DNA of 63,695 bases, filler included, from Octopus bimaculoides (GCF_001194135.2; 7 parts of 7 records of this genome joined end to end with filler, not necessarily neighbours in it); one strand, 5' to 3'; counted from the first letter of the whole stretch, positions 13,311 to 26,143 are shown. Program-made: numbers and translations. The notes: generated by a model from the letters alone, not told the origin.

Positions 13311-14934
13311 CTAGTGTTTGCATGTAAAAATTTAGGGGAAAAAACCGATAGGTTTTTTTCTTAAATAAAAGGACAAAGTATATAAAATGAGGGGTATCCC
13401 ATTTGTACAACACATTAGAGAGAAAGTATTTTCACAGCTGACATAAATGAAATATCAGCCATTCCAAGACAAAGCTTATAGTAGATGGGTAGTGGGGGTG
13501 GGAAGGAGACAAAGTTCAGTGATTTACAGCTGTCCATATAGAGATATCAGCAGTTGTTGTTGTTGTTTAATCCCAGGCCTACCATGATCAAACAAATCTT
13601 TAGTACAGAAGTGGTTGGTCAATATATTGTTCAACCAGCACTCCAAACTTGACCATCCTTGTCTTTTTATCTGGTACAATATATCTTGGACTACAAAATT
13701 TTGTGTCTTGTTCTAATCAAGATGGTAAAATGTGTTTTAAGGTAAATCTAGCTGTTAATTCTAGCAGGTTCAGTGATCCCATATAAGCACAATTATTGGC
13801 TCAAGTAGCAGAAGTATTCTAATGCTGCATTTAACAAATTCAGCACTACATGGCCATCAACTACAATCATTATATTTCAAAGCAACAAAATGTCACACTA
13901 TCAACCAATAAAAGCTGACTCGTAGACATAATACATTGTTTTACACAGAGAAAGTCTGCTTTGTTAGCAAGGCACATTTGTCAATACTAGTCAAGGGGAA
14001 AAGAATAAACCATTCGGGTATTCATATGATGTAAAATTCTCTGGGTATTATAATTTAAATCATTTGTGGTCAACATAAAAATTACCAGAGTTATAATGGA
14101 AACAATGTAGAATAACAATATAATTAGCACAACATTCAGCAAAAACATGATTTTTATGATGAAACGGTTATTGAAATGCCAACTGAATGCAATATTTATT
14201 CAGTAGTTTTGAACCATAAGATCTGCTTAAGTAGTACAAGCAGTCACCATCATCATCACTGCAAGCTGGCAAGACAATTATCTACTAGTGACATTAGAAA
14301 ATTTTCCAAGGACGTCATCTGTACAGACAGCATATGATTAAGTGCAGGGTCGTATAATGTAGTGAGCCAAAAATAACATCTAATCAATTGAAATACATCT
14401 GTGATGAGAAGAAAGTCTAGTGTTAATGACAGTTATAGATAAGAAAAGCAAGGGGGAGAACTCCTGAATACAAATTGATTAAAAAAAAGAAAAATACATT
14501 GGAGAGCAATTTTGGTCTTCGGAAAGTACAGTGAAAACTCCAGAAATGTTCAAATCTTATGAGATTTCCCCAGCAAAGTATAGTCTATCGTTGTCATCAT
14601 TTAACATCCCTTCTCTAATATGTAATTACTAAATTTTAGAATGATTTGAGACAGCAATATAATTTGCATGAAAATTATTCACAGATAAAGCAATTAAAAT
14701 AATGATAGAAAATTTTCCCAGAGAAAACCTTCAGTATGAGTAATATGTAGTTAATTTCAAACAGACAATGTTGGGAGACAAAAATAATTTTCAATAATTA
14801 AAATTACATACTAATTCAATAGTTTACTTTTAGGCAATTGAGGATTGGGAAGATTTTCACAAAGTAAATAAAGTTGCTAGACTATTAATGGTCTCCAACA
14901 AATTTAATAAGAATTAAAACCAAAAACTACTTAC

Positions 14935-15111
14935 TTTCTTGTAACTCAGGTTTCCATCTGCTTTGCAACCATGGTTATTGATATTAGAGGCTTCATTAGA
15001 TTTATAGTCAGCACAGCAAGATAAGGGTACTTGGCCAATATGATTTTGGTCCTGATGAGCCCAGCTGGAGTCCAAATAATCAGTGTATCTTTGTCCACCA
15101 CAACATTTCAG
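14935..15111 (-). CDS. Tetraspanin EC2 exon: LKCCGGQRYTDYLDSSW...VPLSCCADY...HGCKADGNLSYKK
   Basis: CCG and PxSCC tetraspanin signatures. CAG acceptor and GTAAGT donor, 177 nt, phase 0-0. Confidence 0.95.
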
Positions 15112-15195
15112 CTGAATTTCAATAAAGAAATAATTTAGACATATATAAATCAAGTTCAATATATTATTATAACAACCAATTCTTAGTCCATTCAG

Positions 15196-15234
<39 letters not shown>

Positions 15235-15809
15235 ACTTTTACTCTAAAATATGGAATCTAAAAATCTTTCTCAATCAAATATATAAATGCTGATATTGAT
15301 CTCAAAATATTTATCAATCATCCGTTAATCCAACAAAATTATAGTAAGTCATGTAAGGAAAACTGCCTTGTTTATTTTGATACCAATTCACTTGAGACAG
15401 CAAGTGATTCTATAATATTAACTGTTTGTTTTTAGTTAACCCAATTTAAAACATTTCAAAATTTCATAATTTCTGTTTCAAACATCAAGTAATAACAAGG
15501 TTATTTTATTAAATTCTTCATCATTTAAAAAATTAACTGAAACAAAGGCAATGTTTTTCAATAGAAATATGGTAACAGACAGTTAAGATCAACCAAACTG
15601 CAGTAGGGAATATTAAATATGAACCAATGCAATGACATACACTTGCTACTTATAGAAACTATCCAAATACAACTTTGCTTTGCTATACCAGCATACTTTA
15701 GCTGCAGAAGGAAAGCTATGCAATTTATGAGCTCTATAAGATGCGTTAATGCCTTATCTTTCAGACCTAATACAATCCGTATCTGTATGTACAGCTGTTA
15801 CTTACAAAT

Positions 15810-15993
15810 ACTCTTTTACTTGTGGCCATGCTGGAGCACTGCCTTTAGTCGAGCAAATCGACCCCAGGACTTATTCTTTGTAAGCCTAGTACTTATTCTA
15901 TCGGTCTCTTTTGCCAAACTGCTAGGTTACGGGGACGTAAACACATCAGCATCGGTTGTCAAGTGATGGTGGGGGGACAAACACAGACACACA

Positions 15994-16034
<41 letters not shown>

Positions 16035-16197
16035 CAGGCTTCTTTCAGTTTCCGTCTACCAAATCCACTCACAAGGCTTTGGTCGGCCTGAGGCTTTAGT
16101 AGAAGACACTTGCCCAAGGTGCCACGCAGTGTGACTGAACCCGGAACCATGTGGTTGATAAGCAAGCTACTTACCACACAGCCACTCCTGCGCCTAC
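15810..16197 (-). mobile_element. SINE family A, full length (tRNA-like head, CORE-like domain, internal (TA)n, tail)
   Basis: Minus head AGGCGCAGGAGTGGCTGTGTGGTAAG...GGTTCAGTC then GGCACCTTGGGCAAGTGTCTTCTAC. Confidence 0.88.
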
Positions 16198-16494
16198 AAA
16201 TGACTATAACTTTGTAGGATATTACCATGGGTTCACAAATTGTTTTAGATGCTTATAGCATCACAAACAGATATAGACTCTCTCTCAGACCTCCCATCCT
16301 CAAACCTGTACAACATCAATGACTCATTTTTAGCTAAGTAAACTGGAGGAACGTGAAATGTAGTGCTTTGTTTAAGGATGTAAGGCACTGCTTGGTTCAA
16401 GAATTGAAACCACAATCTTATGATTCAGAGCCCAACACACAAAGACATATACCTTCACACGTACCCAAGTGGTTCTGTATAGAACATCAACATT

Positions 16495-16625
16495 ACCCTT
16501 TAATGTCCATTTTCCATGCTGGCATGGGTTGGATGGTTTGACCACAGCTGGCAAGCACAACAGCTGCACCAGGTGACAGTCTGATTTGGCTTGGTTTCTA
16601 TGGCTGGATGCCCTTCCTAACACCA
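16495..16625. repeat. Interspersed repeat family C; further copies near 12955-13075, 19920-20100, 20500-20750, 62600-62830 and 62950-63290
   Basis: Recurrent ccattttccatgctggcatgggttgga...ggctggatgcccttcctaac motifs. Confidence 0.7.
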
Positions 16626-18144
16626 CTAGAAATAAAATTATTTTTTATTCTAAAGGCCTCACATTACAAACTGAAAGGGGATGCTGGGATGTTCTTGTTT
16701 CCCTCAGGGTAAGCATACATGAAGTGAAATGATTTCAGCTGAGAATCAGAAATTGTACACTACTTGTGGGGAGTTTGCACCTAGGCTATGATCATTTCAG
16801 CACTGACTGTAAGAGTTTTTATCAGTGTCTGTAAATACAATATACTCATCATTTTATCATCCATTTTTTCATTCTTACATGGGTTTGACAAAATTTACTG
16901 AAGCAGATTTTCTAGTTGGATACCATTCCTGTTGCCAACCCTTACCTGCCTCCAAACAAGGTAATATTTCTCCATGACCAGACATGATTTTGCAGAATAC
17001 TGGAAATGAATGACATTCATTTACAATAATCCCATGATGTCAAGAGATGGAGACACAAATATACTCACACTAACACACACATACATATATTGTCATTGAG
17101 TTTCCCCTTCTCTTCACATTTTTCAGCTGCTACTCTCTTTAAATATACACCCCCCCACCACCACCATCTTTTTCATTGTTTTCAATTGGTAGTTCCCTTC
17201 AAATGAGCCAGGACCTCACAAGAGGCCATATGGCTGCCGTTGTGAATGAATATTACAGAACATTAAATCTAACTCCATACCAATTCTTAGAATTAAAATA
17301 AAAAAATACATAAAAAAACAAATTTATTGATCAGCTAACAATGGAAGCCATCTTAAAGCAAAAGAATCAATAAAATGCCCTGGTACTACAAAATTGTTTC
17401 ATTCTGGTATTTTAGTTACATGTATTTCAGTATCATGACTAACATAAGTGCATTCTTGTTTTTACATTTAACATTTTCCTTCCTTATGATTTCAGTTTAG
17501 TGGAATAATTTCAACTTGCTTGATTTTAACATGTGTAAATCTCTTCAACATTCTCCTCAATTGTATTCTCTTACTTGTTTTTGTTCTTTTTTTTTTTTTC
17601 CTCAAAAAAAAAAAATCTTCAAATTTACATGATACAGTGTTTTTAATACCGCTTCCTTCACAGCACTACACTTTTGCGCTTTCATCAGTTTTGTTTAGTT
17701 AACAGATAAAACATACACAATTACAGACACACAACATATTCATAATTTACTCAAACACTCATAAGCACACACATGCATGTATACACACATTTGCTTTATC
17801 TTTTTACTCTGGAAAACTACAGTCATTTTGTTTCTCTTTTTAAATTCAAAACTGAAGGGAAGTACAATTTCTTGCAAAAAGAATGCAAATAACCAACCAG
17901 AATAAGACAAATGGAGGGACAGTAGCAGAGAGCAGGAAAGAACAGATGGCAGACCTTCAGTCTATTTGAAGGTCTACCATTTCTTTTCAAGCTTTGTTTC
18001 CTGATATTATAAAAAGATTTACATTTGAAGAGAGAACTATTTCCAAAGGTGGAAGCAGATTAAAGTACTTAATCACTGCATCAACAAGACTATTGGATGT
18101 TGTTTGCTGGTTGCAATGCACTTCCTCATGCTGTAGCTTTTGAA

Positions 18145-18355
18145 TAATGCCATCCTGCTGGCTAGACAGAGGCCAACATTCCTCCTGAACTTAATGCCAG
18201 TCCATTGCAGGGCCTATCTGTTTACAGCTGAGTGGACTGGCCCAACATGAAATAAGATGTTATGTTTAAGAACACAACGCACCATTGTTTAGAAATTGAA
18301 ACTACAACCTTGAAATTATGAGTGCCAAGCCTTAACCACTAAGCCATGCGCTTTC
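18145..18355 (-). mobile_element. Decayed tRNA-derived SINE with a V-domain-like motif
   Basis: Minus GCGCATGGCTTAGTGGTTAAGG head and CCAGTCCACTCAGCTGTAAA motif. Confidence 0.55.
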
Positions 18356-19069
18356 ACAAAATGATTTGTAAACAATATTTGATTGACTAGGTAATGTTAA
18401 CTACTTTTTGCTAATGAGAGGTAATGTCAATTAAACTCAATTTTACAAGTGGAAATGAGAATAAATGATAACGAATCTATACTAATTATTTTAATATTTG
18501 TTTTGATATATCTTTTCAATGACAGCCCCCCCCCCCNNNNNNNNNNNNNNNNNCGCCATATCTTCAGCTCCGGCAATTAATAAATCTTATTTTCCTCAAC
18601 CTATTAAAATTTAAGTGTAGTGAATTAGGTTATATACATGTGTGTATGTATATGTGTGTGTGTGTGTACACTATATAGCACTCTCCTCACAAACAGTTAT
18701 TACCAAGTTATTTATATTACCCCAATTGAAAAATTGCAAAAAAAAAGAAAAGAAAAAGAAAACAAGTCTCACACTCACACACACACAAACAACAATGTGT
18801 TGGCTGAAAGCACTACTTGATTCAAGCAATATCTCTTCTCTAAAACATCAATGGGTAAAAATCAATAATGTTCTTCCACTATCTATGCAAATATGATGAC
18901 AATAATTATAATATCAGACAATAGAAGAAAATCACAAATTTTCATTGCATAACATCCATTGTTTTATAGGCACTTCAGTCATTTGGTTACGGCCATGCTG
19001 GGGCCCTGCCTTCAAATGAACCCTAATACTACTTATAGTTTTGTATGAGTTTATGGATTGTTATTGTGT

Positions 19070-19153
<84 letters not shown>

Positions 19154-19309
19154 CACTGCTTGAAAACTGGTGTTGGTTTGCTTACGTCTTCATAACTTAG
19201 CAGTTTGGCAAATGAGACAAATAGAAGTACCAGACTTGAAAAACGAGTGGGGTCAATTTGTTTAAATAAACCTAATATGGCTACAGTCCAATGTTGTTGT
19301 TGTTGTTGG

Positions 19310-19560
19310 CACTCCATCGCTTACGACGTCGAGAGTTCCAGTTGATCCGATCAACGGAACAGCCTGCTCGTGAAATTAACATGCAAGTGGCTGAGCACTC
19401 CACAGACACATGTACCCTTAACGTAGTTCTCGGGGATATTCAGCGTGACACAGTGTGACAAGGCTGACCCCTTTGAATTACAGGCACAACAGAAACAGGA
19501 AGTAAGAGTGAGAGAAAGTTGAGATGAAAGAGTACAGCAGGGTTTGCCACCATCCCCTGC
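19310..19560 (-). mobile_element. SINE family D tail; oppositely oriented copy at 47385-47665
   Basis: gttgatccgatcaacggaacagcctgc(t/a)cgtgaaattaa is shared in inverted orientation with 47583-47620. Confidence 0.65.
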
Positions 19561-20629
19561 CGTGTGTGTGTGTGTATATACATGCACACACACACACACA
19601 CGCAACATGGATCAGAAGGGCTGAAATAACTTTTAAAATAAAACCTAGCAGGGAGTAAAATAAGAAAGTAAACACATTCCTTTTATGCTTTTGATGTGCA
19701 AGAAAGAGAGAGGGAGAGTCTCCTGATGGACTGCTTATGGTTTGTTGACTGTTCTTTACGGATGACAGTCTTGGTTTTCTTCCCAATCAATATCACAGAA
19801 CATTCACTTAGAATATAAAGAAGTCATATATTAGACTACTACCACACTGACAAGCTTAATTTGCATATTAGTGCTTTTGACAGCTCATCACACACACACA
19901 CACACACACAGAAACCTTTCATGTCCACTTTTCCATGCTGGCATGGGTCAGACAGGATTTGTTAAAGTAAATTTTCTACGACCAGATGCTCTTCCTGTTG
20001 CCAACCCTCACCTATTTTCCAAGCAAGGTAATATTTCCCAAGGCCAGACATGCTTTCTACAGGAGACTAGAACCACAACATTACTTGTATGATAGCAATG
20101 CTAATTTATAACCAACATGTGATATCAAGACAAGGACATACACACACACACATGTATACACACAACAGGCTTCTATCAGTTTCCATCTACCAAATCCACT
20201 CACAAGACTTGGGTTGGCCTGAAATTACAGTAGAAGACACTTGCCCAAGGTTCACACAGTAGCACTGAATCTAAGACTACATGGTGGGGAAGCAAGCTTT
20301 TTAACCACACACACCACACACACAATGTTTCTGCACAGTTTCCACCTCCCCAATTTCAGTCACAAAGGCACTGGTTAACCCAAGGATATATCTGCACAAC
20401 AGTATCAAACCCAGAACCATGTGGTTGTGATGCTTCTAAAACGAGACACATGGCTTTACTTATATATGATCCTTGTCCTAACTTTATCATCATTTATCAT
20501 CCATTTTCCATGCTGGCATGGGTTGGATTACACAGTTTAACAGGAACTGTGCCAGGTTCCATCGTCTGTTTTGGCTTGGCTTCTGCAATTGAATGCTCTT
20601 CATATAGTCAAGCACTTTACAAAGGGTAT

Positions 20630-20750
20630 TGACTGCTTTTTACATGGTACCAACATCAGTGCTTTTTAAATGGTACCATCACCAGTGTTTCTTACTTGGT
20701 ACCAACACCAGTGCTTTTTACGTGGCGCTAACACCAGTGCTTTTTACATA
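20630..20750. repeat. Degenerate ~25-bp tandem repeat within a family C element
   Basis: Four to five units of gtgctttttacatggtaccaacacca. Confidence 0.75.
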
Positions 20751-20828
20751 ATAGAAATCAAGAAATCAGGTTAAAACAAAAAGCAAATTGTTTTAAACAC
20801 AATGAAGAAAGAAAAGTGTAATACTTAC

Positions 20829-20933
20829 TTTCCACTGCACAAAGTCAATGATGCGGGTCTTTCCTTGGTCGTTGCCATAGTCCGTTTGGATAAAACCTCT
20901 GAATAAGTTCCCTTCTGATATGGTGTTTTGAAA
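20829..20933 (-). CDS. Tetraspanin exon (first visible), start of large extracellular loop EC2: FQNTISEGNLFRGFIQTDYGNDQGKTRIIDFVQWK
   Basis: Polypyrimidine acceptor ttttcatttcttttAG and GTAAGT donor. 105 nt, phase 0-0, joins in frame to LKCCG of the next exon, giving the tetraspanin D-x-x-Q-x-x-L-x-CCG pattern. Confidence 0.9.
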
Positions 20934-21604
20934 CTAAAAGAAATGAAAAGTCATAATATAAGGTCAAATGAAAAGCAAATCATTTATTCTATTGACTGCA
21001 CCAGCTTTATTAAGCCCAATATATTAGATTTCTAATAAATCAATTCCAATTAAATATGGGATTGATTTTTCCTTTATTTACCTCTTTGCCTATTCTAACC
21101 AATTAGTGCTAATCCTATTAGTTCAGGGTGTTTAATAGCTCAATGCTTTCGACATTCCATCCATTCATTTTCGCCCTTACCATTCCTGGAAGGGTATGGG
21201 AGTAGTCCTCAGGCACCTCCTCCTTCATAGGGTCCTATCAGAAGCAACTGTCATTACACTTTCCAGCTGGATTCCCAAAACGAACGTCTGAGACTATGGA
21301 TATTACCCAACCATCTCAGCTTGAATCCACCTTGTAATTAAAATGTTGCAGGAGACAATCACATGTCAGTGGTACCAGAACTATAAACTCTCATTGAGGT
21401 GAAGTTCAACCTGGTGAGACTCCCTGATCTGAGGTACACACCCTGTCAAGTAACATTAGCCCATTGATGCTTTAGAGCAGGGGCTCTCAACCAGGGTCCA
21501 TATGACCCTTGGGGATTCATATAAGATTTTCTTGTTAAAATTTATATGCAATAAAATGGTTATACTTCTGCAATATACAAAATATTTCCACATCTTTTTT
21601 ATAC

Positions 21605-21819
21605 AATTACTCTCTTTTACTTGTTTTAGTCATTTGACTGTGGCCATGCTGGAGCACCACCTTTAGTCGAGCAAATCAACCCCATGACTTATTCTTTGTA
21701 AGCCTGGTACTTATTCTATCGTTCTCTTTTTGCCAAACCGCTAAGTTACAGGGACATAAATGCACCAGCATTGGTTGTCAAGAGATGTTGTGGGGACAAA
21801 CACAGACACACGAACATAT

Positions 21820-21853
<34 letters not shown>

Positions 21854-21963
21854 ATATATACGATGGGCTTCTTTCAGTTTCCGTCTACCAAATCCACTCA
21901 CAAGGTTTTGGTCGGCCCAAGGCTATAGTAGAAGACACTTGCCCAAGGTGCCATGCAGTGGGC
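21605..21963 (-). mobile_element. SINE family A, head running into gap
   Basis: Matches 28045-28505 with CpG-to-TpG/CpA changes. Confidence 0.85.
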
Positions 21964-22561
21964 NNNNNNNNNNNNNNNNNNNNNNNNNNNNNNNNNNNNN
22001 NNNNNNNNNNNNNNNNNNNNNNNNNNNNNNNNNNNNNNNNNNNNNNNNNNNNNNNNNNNNNNNNNNNNNNNNNNNNNNNNNNNNNNNNNNNNNNNNNNNN
22101 NNNNNNNNNNNNNNNNNNNNNNNNNNNNNNNNNNNNNNNNNNNNNNNNNNNNNNNNNNNNNNNNNNNNNNNNNNNNNNNNNNNNNNNNNNNNNNNNNNNN
22201 NNNNNNNNNNNNNNNNNNNNNNNNNNNNNNNNNNNNNNNNNNNNNNNNNNNNNNNNNNNNNNNNNNNNNNNNNNNNNNNNNNNNNNNNNNNNNNNNNNNN
22301 NNNNNNNNNNNNNNNNNNNNNNNNNNNNNNNNNNNNNNNNNNNNNNNNNNNNNNNNNNNNNNNNNNNNNNNNNNNNNNNNNNNNNNNNNNNNNNNNNNNN
22401 NNNNNNNNNNNNNNNNNNNNNNNNNNNNNNNNNNNNNNNNNNNNNNNNNNNNNNNNNNNNNNNNNNNNNNNNNNNNNNNNNNNNNNNNNNNNNNNNNNNN
22501 NNNNNNNNNNNNNNNNNNNNNNNNNNNNNNNNNNNNNNNNNNNNNNNNNNNNNNNNNNNNN

Positions 22562-22594
<33 letters not shown>

Positions 22595-22597
<3 letters not shown>

Positions 22598-23040
22598 CAC
22601 CTTTTTACATAACACATCTAATATACTAATTTGTTCTTTGTTCATGCATGCATGGATGCTTGTTATGTATGTACATTTGTAAGTTGCAAGTGCATGCTTC
22701 TGTGGAGCTGCTGTGCATGTATGTTTGCATGGTGTATAAGTACATACATGTGAACATTTGTGTATGTTGTATACATGTAAGCATGCATGTGTTGCATGCA
22801 AGTGCATACTACATATATGTTGCATACAGGTTGCATGTGCTGTGCATGTTACTTGCATTGTGCATGCATGTATGTGTTGTGTTTGCATGTGTACTTGCAT
22901 GTTGCATGCATGCATATATATATATATATATATATATAATGTTCAGGAATGCATAGTTGTGCTGTGTGTTAGAAACAGTTATAAATGGAGTAGCTTAGTG
23001 CATGTGTCTGCATGTACAGTGTGTATAGATATGTGAATAT
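22595..23040. repeat. Low-complexity TGCA/TGTA/CATG-rich alternating purine-pyrimidine tract
   Basis: Dense tgcatg and atgtgt words; source of spurious His/Cys/Met-rich ORFs. Confidence 0.8.
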
Positions 23041-23529
23041 AGATGTATGTAGATAGAAGTCAAGTCAGTAGTTCAAATCATGCGGCAGTGTTGTTCTAAG
23101 GCTGAAAATAAATTGCTCATGTTGCCAATATACTTTGTTATATGTATCACTGCATCTGCTTTGTTTTCTGTTAGATAGATTTGCTAGACCTGTTGCTATA
23201 TGCACCCGAACACCTCATCACTACTATTTTATCTCTCTCTAGCCCTACCTGATTATTCTCATCTTCTCTTCTCAATGGAAGTAGCCATGTCTCTCCTCTA
23301 CAGCAAGAAACTTGTTTTTTCCCTCCATTTCTTTCATACTTTGACCTCAAATCTCCTAGCATAAACCCCACCCCCTTGGGGTTTGTAGTTCTGCAAATTG
23401 CACAGCAACCTCAATAGTGATGGTAACACACACACACAGAAACCATGCTAAGGCAAATACAAAAGCATGATGCAGTCTTTGGACCCATCATCCTGTCAGT
23501 CACGCCTTCCAACCCATGCCAGCACAGAA

Positions 23530-23965
23530 CTTTTCTACTCTAGGCACAAGGTCCGAAATTTTTGAGGAGGAGGGGGGGGGTCAGTCAATAAAATTGACCC
23601 CAGTATGCAACTGGTACATAATTTATCGACACCAAAAGGATGAAAGGCAAAGTCGGCCTCGGCAGAATTTGAACTCAGAACGTAGCGGTAGACGAAACAC
23701 TGCTAAGCATTTCGCCCAGCGTGCTAACATTTCTTATTTCTTTATTGCCCACAAGGGGCTTCACACAGAGGGGACAAACAAGGACAGACAAAGGGATTAA
23801 GTCGATTATATCAACCCCAGTTCATAACTGGTACTTATTTAAACGACACCAAAAGGATGAAAGGCAAAGTCGACCTCGGCGGAATTTGAACTCAGAACGT
23901 TACAGCAGACAAAATACTGCTAAGCATTTCGCCCGGCGTGCTAACTATTCTGCCAGCTCACTGCC
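23530..23965 (-). mobile_element. Two head-to-tail SINE family B copies
   Basis: caccaaaaggatgaaaggcaaagtc...gaatttgaactcagaacgt occurs twice about 225 bp apart. Confidence 0.85.
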
Positions 23966-24147
23966 TTCATGCCGGCACAGAACTTAGCTGCTTAATGACA
24001 ATGATAATGGTGATGTGATTACTATATTTGCTTGATTGCCCAAGCAGGGAATTTTACTTCTGTTACTAATTCTGTAAACAATCAGTTAACATTCAACAGT
24101 AATATATTACTCAAGTGACACTTGCATAGCTATTAGCTGGTGCCTTC

Positions 24148-24186
<39 letters not shown>

Positions 24187-24404
24187 ATTTGTGGTAGCTT
24201 TGAGTGTGGATGAGCATGACTTTGGCCAAGTCAGTTGTCAAAGAATCTTTTGCAGGACATTTAAAAAAACCAAAAAAAAACCTAAAAAGCATGCTGCTCA
24301 GCTGCCGTATTTTGCAGTACATCTGCAGAAGTGAGTGAGTGAGCAAACAAATGAGTGAGTNNNNNNNNNNNNNNNNNNNNNNNNNNNNNNNNNNNNNNNN
24401 NNNN

Positions 24405-24416
24405 TTAATTAATTAA
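24405..24416. other. Artificial assembly spacer TTAATTAATTAA; also at 29504, 46129, 51984, 54477 and 62169
   Basis: Identical 12-mer with stops in all six frames, embedded in N runs six times. Confidence 0.95.
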
Positions 24417-24546
24417 NNNNNNNNNNNNNNNNNNNNNNNNNNNNNNNNNNNNNNNNNNNNCACACACACGTAAACACATACATATACATACATATATGTG
24501 TGTGTGTGCATGTATGTGTTTATATATATACATACCCACACGCACA

Positions 24547-24574
<28 letters not shown>

Positions 24575-24578
<4 letters not shown>

Positions 24579-24718
24579 CGCGGGCTTCTTTCAATTTCTG
24601 TCTACTAAATCTACTCACAAGGCCTTGGTCGACCCGAGGCTATAGTAGAAGGCACCTGCCTAAGGTGTCACGCAGCATGACTGAACCCGGAACTATGTCA
24701 CTAGGAAGCAAGCTTCTT
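24575..24718 (-). mobile_element. SINE family A, body; its head continues at 26020-26060 beyond the insertion
   Basis: Consensus is colinear across the insertion with GGAAGCAAGCTTCTT duplicated. Confidence 0.85.
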
Positions 24719-26019
24719 TATTTCTTTTAAATTGCCATAAAGGCATAACATAGAGAGGGACACTACAAAACATGTGGGGACGTATAGCAATTAAAATTAT
24801 ATAAAAATGAAATATGATACTATGAATGACACATGAAAATGAACATGAAAAAATAAATCCTAAAGTTATGATAACATGAATGATATCTTGAAAATGAGAA
24901 TATGAAAAGTGTGTTACTCATCCCACACTGAGTAACACCACTCGCCACCTCTGAGTCCTAAGTCCTCTTTAGCCTCTAGTCCAGTCCTTCTTTTTCCGCT
25001 TTCCCCATCTCTGAGTGACAGCACTCTCTCGTAACCTTTTTCACCGGGGGAGGGGATCTTGTAAATTTTGTGGTGTCTGTTTTTTCTTCTTTTTTTCCTG
25101 TGGGGAAAGGAGGTGGGTGGGTTTGGTGTCTGTATGGGGAGGGTGGGTCTGAGTGGACTTGGGTGGGATGGAGTTGGTCTGGGGTACCACATCATANNNN
25201 NNNNNNNNNNNNNNNNNNNNNNNNNNNNNNNNNNNNNNNNNNNNATCTCTTCCAACGTCACCGTCTCCGCCAAACTCTCCAATTGCCTCTCCTCTGCCTG
25301 TATAATGAGGTCCAGTGTTTTTCCTCTCCATCCTCCGTTTCCGTGGCTTAGAGGACAGCCACCTCCTCCTCGCTTCTAACGAGAACGGCTGCCGCAACCC
25401 AAGCCACTTCTATATCGGGTATAATTCCTTCTACCCTCACCTTAGAAGTCTTTCTTCCAAGGTACATGGGTAGAAGTACTACTTCCTCCGTTCTCACCGT
25501 TGTACTCGCCAGCCTTTTTGCCTCCTCCGCTGTCCTAAACTAGACAACCACCATCCCATATCCATTTCCTTTCCCTGTGTATGTCACTTCCTTCGAAAGT
25601 CCCTTCAGAGCTTTTTCTACTTTTTCCATCACCATCCGCTCCACCTTCCTACTCTCCACTTAGTACACCTTGTAGGTGATGGTCTTCTTTTCCATATTTT
25701 CCATAACCCTCTTCGGGGGGTAATAACTTTACGTCACCGCCCACCTTCTGTGTCATCTTAAACAGCTCCTTCAGTCCGGTTAGGTCCACTTCCCTTTTCT
25801 TCACCTCTGCAGCCTCAGCAAAACTCTTTACTCTTTCCAAATGCTCGTCCATTCTATTTACCGCCTTAACGACCTCCTCCTCCGCCGCTGAGGACAGCTC
25901 ATACTCGCTAAAGTCTGAATACATTGTCTCTACCGGTATAACAGCCGCTGCCAAGCAGCACAAAAAATTCCGTCCGACTCATCAAAAATCAACACAGCGA
26001 ATAGACCGACGCATGCGCG
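24719..26019 (-). mobile_element. ORF1-only (gag-like) non-autonomous Tx1/L1-type retroposon with 15-bp TSD
   Basis: TSD GGAAGCAAGCTTCTT at 24704-24718 and 26020-26034. Decayed ORF1 (MYSDFSEY...VVV*FRTAEEAKRL...LLPMYLGRKTSKVRVEGIIPDIEVAW...TLDLIIQAEERQLESLAETVTLEE), then a P/T/K-rich region and an AT-rich 3' end ...ATTTAAAAGAAATA. No APE or RT motif. Confidence 0.8.
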
Positions 26020-26099
26020 GGAAGCAAGCTTCTTGCCACACAGCCACGCTTACGCCTACAATGTATATATATCATACATGTGTGTGTGTGTGTGTATGT

Positions 26100-26140
<41 letters not shown>

Positions 26141-26143
<3 letters not shown>

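Noticed and set aside
15810-16197. tRNA-like A/B boxes
   Set aside because: SINE heads without a complete cloverleaf; not tRNA genes.
24405-24416. Recurrent palindromic TTAATTAATTAA motif (six copies)
   Set aside because: Always embedded in N runs; an all-frame-stop scaffolding spacer, not biology.
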